A stretch of DNA of 64,000 nucleotides from Octopus vulgaris (lineage: Eukaryota), in assembly GCA_951406725.2 (NCBI GenBank), contig OX597818.1, forward strand, positions 45,012,001 to 45,076,000, written 5' to 3'. Below are positions 1-13,275 of the stretch, one piece after another. The translations under genes were made by a program, and so were the position numbers. Position 1 is the first letter of the stretch, and every line of letters begins with the position of its first letter. The notes under the pieces are model-generated. The model was given only the letters and a program-made list of their open reading frames with translations, did not search any database and was not told the origin of the DNA.

Positions 1-90
1 GATTACTATGTTACTCTTGTGGATCCCCGTATTCTTTCAATGTTTAAAAAACAGGTTTTATAGAAACTTCTTTTAAAATTCTTATTTTGT

Positions 91-355
91 AAGAAGCCCG
101 TCATATATATGTATATATATATATATGTATGTGTGTGTATATGTTTGTGTGGCTGTGTTTGTCCCCCCAACATCACTTGACAACCGATGCTGGTGTGTTT
201 ACGTCCCCGTAACTTAGCGGTTTGGTAAAAGCAACCAATAGAATAATTACTAAGCTTCCAAAGAATAAGTCCTGGGGTTGATTTGCTTGACTAAAGGCGG
301 TGCTCCAGCATGGCCACAGTCAAATGACTGAAACAAGCAAAAGAGTAAAAGAGAT
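91..355 (+). mobile_element. SINE family A, 5'-truncated copy, nested in a decayed hAT-like MITE (~1-545)
   Basis: Matches the 3' two-thirds of the full copies at 2759/6918/8938 (gaagcccgtc..microsatellite..ggccacagtcaaatgactgaaacaag, AAAAGAGT tail). Confidence 0.85.
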
Positions 356-966
356 AAGTTGAACGATGTAAAATGTTAGAGAAAGAAACCTGTTTCTTAC
401 AATAAATGTATCCTAAGCAAAGTTTTGTCATGGATCCTTAATATACTGCTGTGTGTTCCCAATTCAGTATTTTGCTTGTGTGGACCCCCCAAAATCTTAT
501 ATGACCCACAGGGGTCATGTGGACTCTGACTGAGAATCACTTGTCTAGACCAAGAAACCAGTTTCATATCAAGGTACCGTTGAATAAATTATGATATCAG
601 TTTAGCTCATAAATTTTAATTTCTTATACAGGTACAAAATATTAAGATGGAATGTTGAGGAATTCATGTCTTTTACAAACTAATTTAAGATATAAGTGAA
701 ATTAAACCATTTCAATGAGATATTGAAATGTGGTCTATGACCTTACTTAGCTGTGCTTGCCTTTATTATATGATACCACCTCTTAATTTGCAGATAATGA
801 TGGTTAATATCAAATTCTAGGAGTAGCTTGGCAAATAACCAAGAAATTATTTTTGGCACAAACTTTTAACTAATTACGTTTTTTGTGAAAAAAATTCTTC
901 TCTTTAACACTCACATGACCTTATAAAATAGACTCTCTCTGTTTTAATTATTTTTTTAAAATAATA

Positions 967-1127
967 GGTGCAGGCATGGCAGAGTGGTAAGAAACTTGCT
1001 TCCCAACCACATTGTTATGGGTTCAGTTACACTGTGTGGCACCTTGGGCAAGTGTCTTCTACCATAGCATTGGGCTGACCAAAGCTTTATGAGTGGATTT
1101 AGTAGACAGAAACTGAAAGAAGACTGT

Positions 1128-1175
<48 letters not shown>

Positions 1176-1752
1176 ATCCAAACATGAAAACACTAAGAGA
1201 AAACACAACAACGCGGGGACGTCCCCCCACACACACACACCGTCCAATGGACAGTGCTGAATTGTCAAACATTTAAAACACATTTTTTCAAAACAACTTG
1301 TCCGACTGTCCCATAGGCCTCCCCTTTGAGACACACTGATTTAACCTAAATTTGAGACACCAGCAAAAGAAGAAATAAAGATAGACAAATCCACGTTCCC
1401 ACGGCTTTATCGATCGCATTCTCACCTGGAATCGATTTTTGTAATTTTATAATTTTTGAAGACTTATTCATGCCCTGATACCGTCGGTGTCTACATATCA
1501 AATTTGAGCGCAATCAGATGGAGGATGCCCGAGATCCTAGAAGACACACAGACAGAACGGATTTTATATAATAGATATATATATATGTATATGTAACTTA
1601 GTGGTTCAGCCAAACAGACCAATAGAATAAGTACTAGACTTATAAAGAATAAACCCTGGGTTGAATCTTTCAGCTAAAAACCCTTTAAGGTGGTACTCCA
1701 GTATGGCAACTGTCAAATGACTGAAAGTAGGAAAAGAGTTAAAGAATAAAAG
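967..1752 (+). mobile_element. SINE family A split by nested insertions: (TA)n, a PLE-like terminal fragment and a Helitron fragment
   Basis: Head (A-box tggcagagtgg, B-box ggttcagtt) at 967-1130; tail resumes at ~1593 (gtaacttagtggttcagc) to ~1752. Confidence 0.75.
1240..1575 (-). mobile_element. Non-autonomous Helitron fragment, same family as 61877-62258
   Basis: Minus strand starts a|TCTATTATATAAAA, a typical Helitron 5' TC end; colinear with 61900-62258. Confidence 0.7.
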
Positions 1753-2758
1753 GAAATATTTGTAGAATTTAGTAAAATAACTAACCTTTTTTTAATTAAG
1801 CCAGTTTGGAACATGACAAAAAATTATTACATGTTATTAAAGTTTTAACATACATCTTACAATTTAAAATGTAATTTTGTGCTATAGAACCAGAGGCAGT
1901 CTCAGACAAGTTGCTGTCCAAAGGATTAAAGGACAAATGGCAAATTTTCTCAGTTATTTTGTAAATATTGTTTGAAAACGTAATTTATAATAGATATATG
2001 AGAAAGCAACTATTGCTTCATTTTGCCTTTGAAACAAACTGTAAGATTTATTTCATTTTTATTTCCGTAATTTTCCAAACTTGCTCAACATGCATGTGAA
2101 ATACTGTTGAGATAAGATAGTTCCAAGTATATTTTCATTAGAATACTATTGGGACATTTTTGTCCCACGTTCAAAAATCATGAGTAGTGATAAAAAAAAG
2201 CTTAAATTTTAATTATGGCAGATAATAAAGGTCTAAAGAAGTGGAAAAGGGGGAAAATGAAATAAAAACTGCAAAAGTCAGAGTGAAAGGCTTAAAGAAA
2301 GGAATAATATTGATCAATATTAGCTTCTTTGAGAGATGAGCTAATAATCCTAATTTGGTTCTGGCTTACATGCAGTGATATTGCTCTTGACAAAAACATG
2401 TATGTCACAATAGTCATGTTTTTCTCTCCTTTTTTTCTTAGTAATAAGTAGACAGATATTTTTAATAAATGAAGATTTAAGGAGAAATACTACAAGCATT
2501 TTCCCCATAATTCCTTCCAGAAGTTTTCAGAAAATTTCTAATATTATATCCAATCTGACAATTTCTTTTTAGTTTTTGTAGTTCTTCACAGACAACAGTC
2601 CCAGAGTCCCAATTATTTTGTTGTTAGGATGATTTGAGAAAAAATTGAAGGGTCTGACATGGACACAAAATAATAATGACTACTTCTCTATTAAATAAAG
2701 AGTTCAGTATGTTAAAGTAAGTAAAAGGCAAAAAGTAATTAGAAGTTAGAGATTGAAA

Positions 2759-2917
2759 GGTGTAGGAGTGGCTGTGTGGTAAGTAGTTTGCTTACCAACC
2801 ACACGGTTCCGGGTTCAGTGGCACCTAAGGCAAGTGTCTTCTACTATAGCCTTGGGCCAACCAAAGCCTTGTGAATGGATTTGGTAGAGGGGAAACTGAA
2901 AGAACCCGTCGTATATA

Positions 2918-2970
<53 letters not shown>

Positions 2971-3206
2971 GTATGTGTGTGTATATGTTTGTGTGTCTGT
3001 GCTTGTCCCCCCCCAACATCGCTTGACAACCGATGCTGGTGTGTTTACGTCCTCGTAACTTAGTGGTTCGGCAAAAGAGACTGATAGAATAAGTACTAGG
3101 CTTTCAAAGAATAAGTCCTGGGGTCAAATAGCTCGATCAACAAAAGGCGGTGCTCCAGCATGGCCACAGTCAAATGACTGAAACAAGTAAAGGAGTAAAA
3201 GAGTAA
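2759..3206 (+). mobile_element. Full-length tRNA-derived SINE family A with CORE-like segment and internal microsatellite
   Basis: Pol III A-box TGGCTGTGTGG, B-box GGTTCAGT, CORE-like segment (ccttgggcaagtg in sister copies), internal (TA)/(TG) tract, (AAAAGAGT)n tail; about 20 copies in the window. Confidence 0.9.
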
Positions 3207-3214
3207 TCTATAAA

Positions 3215-4277
3215 TATTGGCTTCAAATTTTGGCACAAGGCCAGCAAATTTGGAGGAGGAGGTAAGCCCATTACATCTACGCCAGTGCTCAACAGGTACT
3301 TATTTTGTCAACCCTGAAAGGATGAAAGACAAAGCCAAAACCCTGGCAGAATTTTGAACATAAAGATAGCTGTGCTGCTAAGCATTTTGCTCAGTAAGTT
3401 CATAATTCTGACTGCTTGCTGCCTTCTTACAATCTATAAATTTTGGTTTCAAAATTTAGCAAAAAACCGGTAAGTTTTGGGGAAGGGGCAGTTGATTACA
3501 TCAACCCCAGTGCTTAACCGGTTCTCATTTTATTGATCCCAAAAAGATGAAAGGTAAAAATCAACCTCAGAAGACTTTGAACTCACAATGTAAAGACAGA
3601 CAAAATACTGATAAGCACTTTGTCCAGGATACTCTTTACTCTCTTTCAGTCATTTGACTGTGGCCATGCTGGAGCACCACCTTTAGTCAAGCAAATTGAC
3701 CCCAGGACTTATTCTTTGTAAGCCCAGTACTTATTCTATTAGTCTCTTTTGCTGAACCACTAAGTTACGGGAACATAAACACAACAGCATCGTTTGTTAA
3801 GCGATGTTGGGGGGACAAACAGACACACAAACATATACACACACATACATATAGTTATACATATATACAACAAGCTTCTTTCAGTTTCCATCTACCAAAT
3901 CCACTCACAAGGTTTTGGTCGGCCCAAGGGTATAGTGGAAGACACTTGACGAAGGTGCCACGCAGTGGGACTGAACCCGGAACCATGTGGTTGGTAAGCA
4001 AGCTACTTACCACACTGTCACAATTCTGCCAGCTTGCTGCCTATTTACATTCTATAAATATTCTTTTCTACTCTAGGCACAACGCCCAAAATTTTTGGAG
4101 AGGGGGCCAGTTGATTAGATCTACCCTAGTACACGACTGGTACTTAATTTATCGACCCCAAACTGATTAAAGGCAAAGTTGACCTTGGTGGAATTTGAAC
4201 TCAGAACGTGAAGACCAATGAAATACTGCTAAGTATTTCGCCCGGCATGCTAATGTTTCTGCCAGCTCGCTGCCTTA
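3215..4277 (-). mobile_element. Cluster of three SINE family B copies (3215-3425, 3445-4043, 4063-4277); the second is interrupted by a SINE A copy (3630-4015)
   Basis: Repeated ggatgaaaggcaaagttgacc..gaatttgaactcagaa..ctgccagctcgctgcc motifs. Confidence 0.8.
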
Positions 4278-4941
4278 CGTTCTATAAATATTGAGAACCA
4301 TTTGTTTAGCTTATTACATTGCATAACATTGTATAACTTGATATACAGTCATGTTTTCTAGTATAATTATATATAATACTAGCAGTACTAATGATTCAAA
4401 GACATTCTGAAAACATCTAACTTCTACATTTTAATTATGTCATCAGACACTGACATTCAACAGGTGATAATACATAATATATTTTTATTATACAATGACA
4501 GAGGAAAAGTGTGTGTACATTACAACACATAAGTTAACATCTGTTGAGAATAATAGCAGAGAAGTGATGGAAACTAGTGTAGAAGGAGAATGAATTGAGG
4601 AAGGAAACCTACTCAGAGAAGATCCAAGTGGGCACAGAATCTGCAGGAAATCTTACCAGGAAAAGAAATTCTTCATTCTGAGAATACTTCCACAGCTCTA
4701 AACTATGCAAGCGCTAATTCTTTTATCCAACTACTTTCTTTTCTCCTCCATATGAACCTACCTGTCTTTTTTTTTCTGTCAATTTTCTTTTAAATATTTT
4801 TCTAAACTGCTCTAAAATGCCCTAAAATGTACACCTAGAGATGCTATGTGTAAAAACTAAAGACTACTTCTATACTTAGAATGCTTCAGGTTATTCTTTG
4901 ACAACAATCTCAGTTTGTTTTTAGCACATAGTTCTCTTATT

Positions 4942-5309
4942 TCTTTACTACCCACAAGAGGCTACACACAGAGGGAATATACAAGGACAGCCAAATGGAT
5001 TAAGTCAATTACATCGATGGAAGGCAAAGTTGACCTCGGCGGAATTTGAACTCAGAACGTAACAGCAGACGAAATACTGATTTCTATACTACCCACAAGG
5101 GGCTACACACAGAGGGAACAAACAAGGACAGACAAGCAGATTAAGTCAATTACATCGACCCCAGTGTGTAACTGGTACTTAATTTATCGACCCCGAAAAG
5201 ATGGAAGGTAAAGTTGACCACAGTGGAATTTGAACTCAGAATGTAACGGCAGACGAAATACTGCTAAGCATTTCGCCCGGCGTGCTAACGTTTCTGCCAG
5301 CTCGCCGCC
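4942..5309 (-). mobile_element. Partly dimeric SINE family B with ~22-bp target-site duplication
   Basis: tttagcacatagttctcttatt on both sides (4920-4941, 5311-5332); internal partial repeat of the 3' half. Confidence 0.9.
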
Positions 5310-5441
5310 TTTTAGCACATAGTTCTCTTATTAAACACCAGTTGTTGATGATGATGATGATGATGTAAATTTCAGACATGGCTATTTGACTAAAATTTGG
5401 TTCGTATACACATGGTTCCAGATTTCATATGCACATAATGA

Positions 5442-5621
5442 TACCTGGTTGATCCTTCCAGTAGTCGTATGGATGTCTCAAAGATTAAGCCATGCAAATG
5501 TAAGACCTTGCCATCAATGAAAAGTGAAACTGCAAATTACTAATAATTAGGTCTAATCCTTAGAACTATATTCCTCGGTGCCTGGTGAGTTAATTACTGT
5601 GGTAATTCTAGAGCACACATG
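5442..5621 (+). pseudogene. 18S rRNA 5'-end pseudogene fragment
   Basis: tacctggttgatccttccagtagtcgtatg..gtctcaaagattaagccatgc, agtgaaactgc and actgtggtaattctagagc match the universal eukaryotic 18S 5' sequence with substitutions. Confidence 0.9.
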
Positions 5622-5719
5622 TTTTATGCCCAAACTGACTAACTCAGGCCTCTCACACTTACCTACAATGTTATTCTAAAAATAAGCAATCACATCATCG
5701 AAATCTGAAAGCTACCAGA

Positions 5720-5953
5720 TCATCATCATTGTTTAACGTCCGTTTGCCATGCTAGCATGAGTTGGACGGTTCTACCGGGGTCTGGGAAGCCAGGAGGCTG
5801 CACCAGGTTCCAGTCTGATCTGGCAGTGTTTCTACAGCTTGATACCCTTCCTAACGCCAACCACTCCGTGAGTGTAGTGGATGCTTTTTACGTGCCAGAG
5901 AAGGCTGGCAATGGCCATGATCGGTTGGTGCTTTTTACATGCCGGTGGCACGT
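5720..5953 (-). mobile_element. RTE-LINE-derived 3'-end repeat (family C), inserted into a MITE-like repeat (5640-6030, related to 42777-42995)
   Basis: (CAT)n then tttaacgtccg..ccatgctagcatg..cttcctaacgccaaccactcc; the same sequence terminates the RTE at 25920-26083. Confidence 0.8.
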
Positions 5954-6917
5954 AAAGATAATGTGATATATTCAGAACAATGTGAACAAATAAGCAATAC
6001 ATTTGATGGAGTGATCTGAATTGCTAAGAGGATATATATACATACACATACATACTATAACTTCCATCCAGTTTCTGATAACCAAATTCTACACATAAGA
6101 CATTAGTCAGCCTGAGGTTAGAAATGGTAGAAGACACTTGTCCAAAATTCTATGCAGTGCAACCAAACCTATTTATATATACTTATATACTAATACATAT
6201 CATCTATACAGAAATACAAAAAAAAAACACCATTATGAATATGTATTTACATACACACATTAGGACATACAAATATTGTTTATTCAGAGAGAGAGAGAGG
6301 ATTCAGAGAGAGAAAATATTGTTTATTCAGAGAGTGGGGGAGGGGGAGAGGAGGGGGAGGAGGAAAGCAAAATAAAATAGTAGGCAGAAATTCTAAGAGC
6401 ATCAGACTGGTTACAAAGATAAATTCACCTTCCAAGTATCAGTAATATAAGCATGGACAACTTTGCCATTGATGTGCAATTTTTTTTTTTTTTTTAAAGA
6501 GAACTTTTCTCCATGAATTAATGCTCTTATGTTTTGCCAACCAACCCCCACTGGAAAATAATATCTAAAACGTCTGAATATGACACACCAACCAACAGAA
6601 TATTGATCTATCAGAGAACACTGGTTTCAGAGAAACTGTTATTTATCATTCAAGCCTACATTAAAGAAAGTTAATATCTGAATAGAAACAAAATTATATT
6701 ATATTCACACCTTCTAAAAGGCCAAATATTTATGAAAGGAAATTAGCTCATGGCTTCTGCTTGTTTTCTTCTTGAAACAAGAGAAACATGTCTTTTCAAA
6801 ATGCAATGCTACATGTATTTTTAATTATTCCTCTGTGTAACAATCACTGCTAATGCTACTAATGGCTTGCTACCTGCTACTAACCTTCATTTAATATATA
6901 CTATTTAATATATACTA

Positions 6918-7322
6918 GGTGCAGGTGTGGCTGTGTGGTAAGTAGCTTGCTAACCAACCACATGGTTCCGGGTTCAGTCCCACTGCGTGGCATCTTGGGC
7001 AAGTGTCTTCTGCTATAGCCCCGGGCCGACCAATGCCTTGTGAGTGGATTTGGTAGACGGAAACTGAAAAGAAACCTGTCGTATATATGTATATATATAT
7101 GTGTGTGTGTGTGTTTGGGTGTCTGTGGTTGTCCCCCTAGCATTGCTTGACAACCGATGCTGGTGTGTTTATGTCCCCGTCACTTAGCGGTTCGGCAAAA
7201 GAGACCGATAGAATAAGTACTGGGCTTACAAAGAATAAGTCCCGGGGCTGATTTGCTCAACTAAAGGCGGTGCTCCAGCATGGCCGCAGTCAAATGACTG
7301 AAACAAGTAAAAGAGTAAAAGA
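6918..7322 (+). mobile_element. Full-length SINE family A
   Basis: Near-consensus copy with A/B boxes and AAAAGAGT tail. Confidence 0.9.
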
Positions 7323-7368
7323 CTATGTCTACTGAAATTAATCTCATTAAAGGCTCACAGGTAACAAG

Positions 7369-7540
7369 TGAAGGGGTGCTGAAAACTTCCAAGTTCTTTT
7401 ACATGGCTTAGAAAAACTGAAGGACTGCCGCAATAAGTGTATGAATCTGAGAGGGGAATATGTCAAATAAAACCATAATTAACTGATCCTTCTATATTTT
7501 CTTTTACCCAAAGCCAGGAACTTTTCAGCATGCCCTTGTA
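7369..7540. mobile_element. Mariner-type MITE; second copy at 19342-19520
   Basis: TIR gaaggggtgctgaaaacttcc / ggaacttttcagcatgcccttg followed by TA; interior shared in opposite orientation with the 19.3 kb copy. Confidence 0.7.
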
Positions 7541-7759
7541 TACACTAGAGAACCCAAATTATGTAGGGATGTAAATTTTTATACTTTAACTACTTGTAAA
7601 ATATATGGCAAAATATATTTTATAAATGCTAATAAATGAATTAAAAATAATTGTTAATAATTGGTTAACAATTAAACTTAAAATATAAACTTGGTTTATA
7701 TTTTAAAATGAGGAAAGTTCTTTATTAATTTTTTTATTTTTCTGTCAAATATCTACACA

Positions 7760-10700
7760 TTGCTATAATGGGAAAAGTTTAAAATTTTGGCTGTCAAATT
7801 CCTGCACAAGTGAAAGAAAATGCTTCCAAAAACAGACAGAATTGCAAAAACTACAAACGACAGTATTTTAAAAGAATTGAAGAAAATTAGTACAAAAATA
7901 TTGATATTAACTGAAGAATTGGATAATCCTCATTGCTTCACTAGAGCAGTCAACGAAGATGTAAAAAGATTAAATTCTGAGTGGCTGTGTTAGAATATGT
8001 GCCAACTTTCATAAAACTTCAGAAACTGTATTTTTTAATCAAACAGTACAGCAAAACAGACAAACAACAGATTTAGATGAAATCATTCATCAGTAAAATA
8101 ATTTTGATTAAAAGTTGTATTGACCACATCTGGAACAAAAACATAGAAGCACACAAATTTACATTTTGGAATAAAGTTAAGAACAACAACAGAGCTGATA
8201 TATACAAATGATGGGTGAACTTAACACCAATAATTCTTCCAAGAAAAATCCAGATGAAGCCAATAAAAAATGAACCAAAACAACAACAACTTCAAGAAAG
8301 GATATCTCTTGGCAAATTTGAAATGTATGTAGAATTATTAAGATTATTTGAAATGTATATAGAATTTGAAATGTATGTAGAATTATTAAGATTATGAGCA
8401 AAGACTAATGCAGAAAAATATAGGGGAATTGATGAGGAAATTTATGAGGAATATTCAAGAAAGTAGAAGGAATACTTTTTTTTTTTTGAAAACATGTGAA
8501 AACTATGGAAATGAAGAAATTATTTCATGATGTAGGTGGAAGAAAAGTGATGATTGGTTCTGCAGTTTCAAAGAAGAATTTTTAAAAAAATGTTTTTCAG
8601 AAAATCCATTTATGAAAAAATTACAATTAAGTTATATACAGAAGCTGTAAAACAAACATCAAATAAATCAAATTTTAGGAATTTGGAACAGAAAATGGTC
8701 AAATTTTCAAAACAAATACAAGTATTTCATTTAATAGAAACCAACCTGAATATGGATTTACTGGAAATCAACCCAAATATAGAATTGCATGCAAGTCAAG
8801 AAATAAAAATCAACTGTTGTCCAGAAGAGAAGAATATTCTTCAGGGTCTTACTTGCGAAATACGTTTGAAAATCAGTGGTGGAAAAATAATTTTGAAAAT
8901 ACATTAATGAAAATCAACTTTGTAAGTAATTACAACAGGCGCAGGAGTGGCTGTGTGGTAAGTAGTTTGCTTACCAACCACATGGTTCCGGGTTCAGTCC
9001 CACTGTGTGGCACCTTGGGCAAGTGCCTTCTACTATAGCCTTGGGCCAACCAAAGCCTTGTAAGTGGATTTGGTAGATGGAAACTGAAAGAAGCCCGTTG
9101 TATATATGTATATATATATGTTTGTGTGTCTGTGTTTGTCCCCCCCAACATCACTTGGTAACTGATGCTGGTGTGTTTACATTCTCGTAACTTAGCAGTT
9201 CGGCAAAAGAGACCGATAGAATAAGTACTAGGCTTACAAAGAGTAAGTCCTGGGATCAACTAAAGGTGGTGCTCCAGCATGGCCACAGTCAAATGACTGA
9301 AACAAGTAAAAGAGTATAAGAGAGTAGGCAACATAATTCTTTTGATTACAATAGTGGATATAGGTGTAACACATATCTAGCAAATTGAAACTTTCGAAAC
9401 CATTTCTTAGATCTTGTCAAAAGGAATAGAGACACCAGATGGAACAACCAAAGACATAAGAAACCAAAAGTTTTAAATATATCCAATAAAATATTAATAA
9501 TAGAACAAATAAAAGCACTTCCAAAGTGGTCTAAACTTGACACCAGCTCAACAAAATTTGAACCTCAATCAAAACAAAGATAATATCACAGACATGCTGA
9601 AAACTAAAACTTATAGAAGAGTTGTTTGATAAAGGCAATGATGATGACTCTCTCATCAGAAATAAAAGAAAATATCATCCACTAAACTGTAGAAATAGAG
9701 AACTTGATAATTTCTATGGTCATATCACTTATTTTCCATATGTTTCTGTAAAAACATAGTGTTTGTTCTAATTTCAGTGCAAAAGAATGTATAAAAATAT
9801 GAATGTGTTGAAAACTGATTCAAAACTAGCTATAAAAGAAGCTAATAAAAGAAGTACTGTGGTTGTAATGGACATAGACTATTGTGAAAATTTCACAATA
9901 TCCATACTTGAGTACATCAGCTGTTATGTGAATGTCATCTACTACAATCAGTAGAAATTAATGCAAAACTTAATGACACACTCAATTCATACAATAAAGA
10001 ATATGACCACTTAACCACCACAAAAATTATAAACTTCTCTATTTCTACAATTTAATGGATAGTATTTTCTTTTATTTCTGACTAGAGGTTCATCATTACT
10101 GCCTTTATCAAACAGCACTTCAATAAGTTTTAGTTTTCAGGACGTCTGTAATATTATCTTTGGTTTGATCGAGGTTCCAATTATGATATACTAAAAGTAA
10201 AACAAACAATTTTTATGAACTGCCAAAATTTCACAAAATTATTTTCTTGCTTAAATATTCTTCACCTAAGAGTTTTAAAATCATGACTAATAGTTACAAG
10301 ACCGTCATGTAAAATTCATTAGTTGAGCAATTTCTTATACATATTACTAAAACAATATTTGAAGTATATACAGAGCTACATAAGACACGACTTGGATATG
10401 TTAAACCATCTTCCATATATAACAAATGAAGAAACCTAAAGAGGTCTTTTGATGTGGCCAACTTGTTTCAAATACTCTGCAATAAAAGCAATATATTTCT
10501 GCCTTAATGAATATCCTCATGAGTTACCAGGCTGCTTATAAAAAGAATTTATAATTGAAGGTTTTCAATTTACTCTACAAAATTATTTTAAAAATTTTGA
10601 CCAACTAATATATAGACAAAAATTAGGAATGGCAATGGGAACCAGTATACCCCCAATGTATGCAAATATACTAATGGTCTACCTTGAGATTAAGCTGAAA
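7760..10700 (+). pseudogene. Decayed Penelope-like element reverse transcriptase ORF, 3'-truncated and interrupted by a SINE at 8938-9326
   Basis: Manual translation: IKEANKRSTVVVMD (9832-9873), FYELPKFHK (~10210), SFDVANL (~10445), YRQKLGMAMGTSIPPMYANILMVYLE (10611-10688) match PLE RT motifs; many stops and frameshifts; 5' limit uncertain. Confidence 0.8.
8938..9326 (+). mobile_element. Full-length SINE family A inserted in the PLE relic
   Basis: Consensus match. Confidence 0.9.
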
Positions 10701-10939
10701 CATAGAAGTAAGATAGAGGCCTCTGGCCTAGTGAATCCTGTTAATATGTCCAGCCTGAGCAAATATGGAAAGTGGATGTAAAAATGATGATTGGTTAAGA
10801 AGTTTGCTTCCCCGCCACGGTTTGGGTCCAGTCCCACTGTGTAGAAACTTATACTAGTGTCACCCATTGTAGTCTTAGTCAGACTAAAAGCCTTGTGAGT
10901 GGATTTCATAGCTGGAGACTGAGTTAGCAGGTATATATT

Positions 10940-11043
10940 ATATTAGAGGAAAAGGGACAACAAAAACCAAGGCAGGACAGGTATCTCAAGTCATTTAGAA
11001 TATTTAATTAGGGTAAGGTAAATTTGAAGTCTTACAGCTGTTT
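10940..11043 (-). mobile_element. PLE terminal-repeat fragment carrying the 3' half of a hammerhead motif, same family as 45380-45515
   Basis: Minus strand AAACAGCTGTA-AGACTTC ... atgacttgagat..ctgcctt, homologous to 45417-45490. Confidence 0.6.
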
Positions 11044-11062
11044 ATATATATACATTGAAGAC

Positions 11063-11270
11063 ACATGGTTTAGTGGCTAGAGTGTTGCCCTTATGATTGC
11101 GAGAACATGGTTTTAATTCCTAGATCGGGTAATGCATTGTTTTATAGAGCAAAGTACTTCATTTCATGTTGTTCTGTGATCATTTCGACATCTGACATGT
11201 GGAACCCAGTTACACCTGTACAAGTAATGTTGATTTGATGGAGGGAGTGAGCTTATGCCTACACAAATAA
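11063..11270 (+). mobile_element. Diverged tRNA-derived SINE, related to 63488-63720
   Basis: tggtttagtggctagag A-box-like head; gagcaaagtacttcatttcatgttg core; colinear with the 63.5 kb copy. Confidence 0.6.
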
Positions 11271-12169
11271 ACAAACGATGTCATCATACGAATGGGCATT
11301 TTGTTTACAAAGATCACACACACCAGACTTTGTCAAACATATTGTATCAAGTGAAATATGAAACATTTGTGAATTTGAGTTAAAATTTTTTTGTATGTAT
11401 ACAGTAATTCATATGCTTAAATCATATAGTATCTTTAAAAATTAAAACACACACATCAAAAGCACACACACACGAGTACACATGTTTGCATGCATACACA
11501 TGTGTACATATGCTTGCATGCACACATACATGTACACTCATATGCACACATATACACAAATATATCGAAAAGATAGTTTGAATTATAGACCTATTTTCTT
11601 GGTTTGATACACATTCCTATCAAATCTATTCCTATAGAGCAAAACAATTTGATGAAGGAGTTGATGGCAAAAGAACTTTAAAAGTTAAGTTGGCAATTTT
11701 CAGCTGCTATCAACCAGCAAAGAAAAAGGAAGTTAAAAGCCTTATGAGTTGTCATGACTTGAAAATCTGTTCTTTGTATTGAAGTGATTGAGTGTTTTTG
11801 TCTGAAAATTATTTTGCTTGTAATTAGATAGAAGCCATAAAACAGTCTGTTTTCTTTTCAATATAGGAGAAAAGAAAAAGTGCTAATCAAAACATTTGTA
11901 CTTTCTTGTTGTACGTAACAAAGGTTTCACACACTGTGTCTTGTACATCATAAATGTTAACATAAAATTATGTTGCTTATTGCTTAACATTTTGTGGTTT
12001 AAAATGTCGTTTTATAAAGACATTTCTCATTATTTTTTTTACCTAATCCTTTTGAATTCCATGAAATTAGAAAACTGAAGTAAAAACACAACCCCACCAA
12101 TAAAATGTTTCTGGCAAAATGTAACAGGAGAGAAAAAAAATCAGTGACAAAGAAGTTTGGTTTCTTCTA

Positions 12170-12215
<46 letters not shown>

Positions 12216-12576
12216 CAACATGTATATTATAATCTGGATATTGTTAAAATTTCGAATTAGTTAAAATTGAAATGAAGCATTTGCTAATATGAATAAAAAT
12301 AAATATTCTGAGATATATTTTGCTTTATATAGAATCAATATATCAATAATAAATCTTCTGAATTTTCAAATAATCAATATGAAACATTTTTAATTCATAA
12401 TATCAATGTGATATGATTTTAATATAATAAGAAATTTGTAAACTTTGTAATATCAATGTATTTATGATCATATATTATAAAATTACATATAAATTAATGT
12501 AACTTTTGACAATTTTACAAAGAAGTTATAAATATCTTTATCATTTTCTTTTCTTATATATATGACCACAACTCAA

Positions 12577-12579
<3 letters not shown>

Positions 12580-12620
<41 letters not shown>

Positions 12621-12845
12621 GTGTGTGTGTGTGTGTGTGTGTGTGTATAAAGTTAATCCAAACATGAAAACACAAAGAGGAAACAACAATGTGAAGACGG
12701 GGAAGTGTGTGTGTGTGTGTCTGTATATGTATATATATGTATATGTATGTATATATATATATATATATATACATGTATATATATACATGTATATATATAT
12801 GTATATATATATGTATGTATATATATATGTATGTATATATGTATG

Positions 12846-12876
<31 letters not shown>

Positions 12877-12944
12877 GTATATATGTATGTATATATGTAT
12901 GTATATATGTATGTATATATGTATGTATATATATGTATATATAT

Positions 12945-12975
<31 letters not shown>

Positions 12976-12977
12976 TT

Positions 12978-13021
<44 letters not shown>

Positions 13022-13050
13022 TGTATATATATATATGTGTGTGTGTATGC
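12580..13050. repeat. Compound microsatellite (TA)n/(TG)n/(TATG)n/(GATA)n with a PLE-like terminal fragment at 12650-12703 (also at 1171-1222)
   Basis: Direct inspection; agttaatccaaacatgaaaacac follows a microsatellite at both sites. Confidence 0.9.
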
Positions 13051-13275
13051 ATGTGTTTTTACCCAATACCATTTGACAACCGGTGTTGGTTTGTTTACCT
13101 CTCTGTGACTTAGTGGTTTGACAAAACAGACCAATAGAATAAGTACCAGATTTAAAATATAATCCCTGGGATTGATTTATTCCATTAAACCTTTCAAGAC
13201 AGTGCCCCAGCTTGGCCACAGTCCAATGACAGAAACAAGAGATGATACATAAAGAACATATTTTGAAATATAAAA

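Noticed and set aside
8316-8396. Direct repeat tttgaaatgtatgtagaattattaagattat
   Set aside because: Simple local slippage duplication inside the dead PLE
12562-13219. Long overlapping ORFs rich in Y/I/C/V/M/H/T (also 35004-35960, 49000-51900, 59730-60035)
   Set aside because: Translations of (TA)/(TG)/(TATG) microsatellites that lack stop codons
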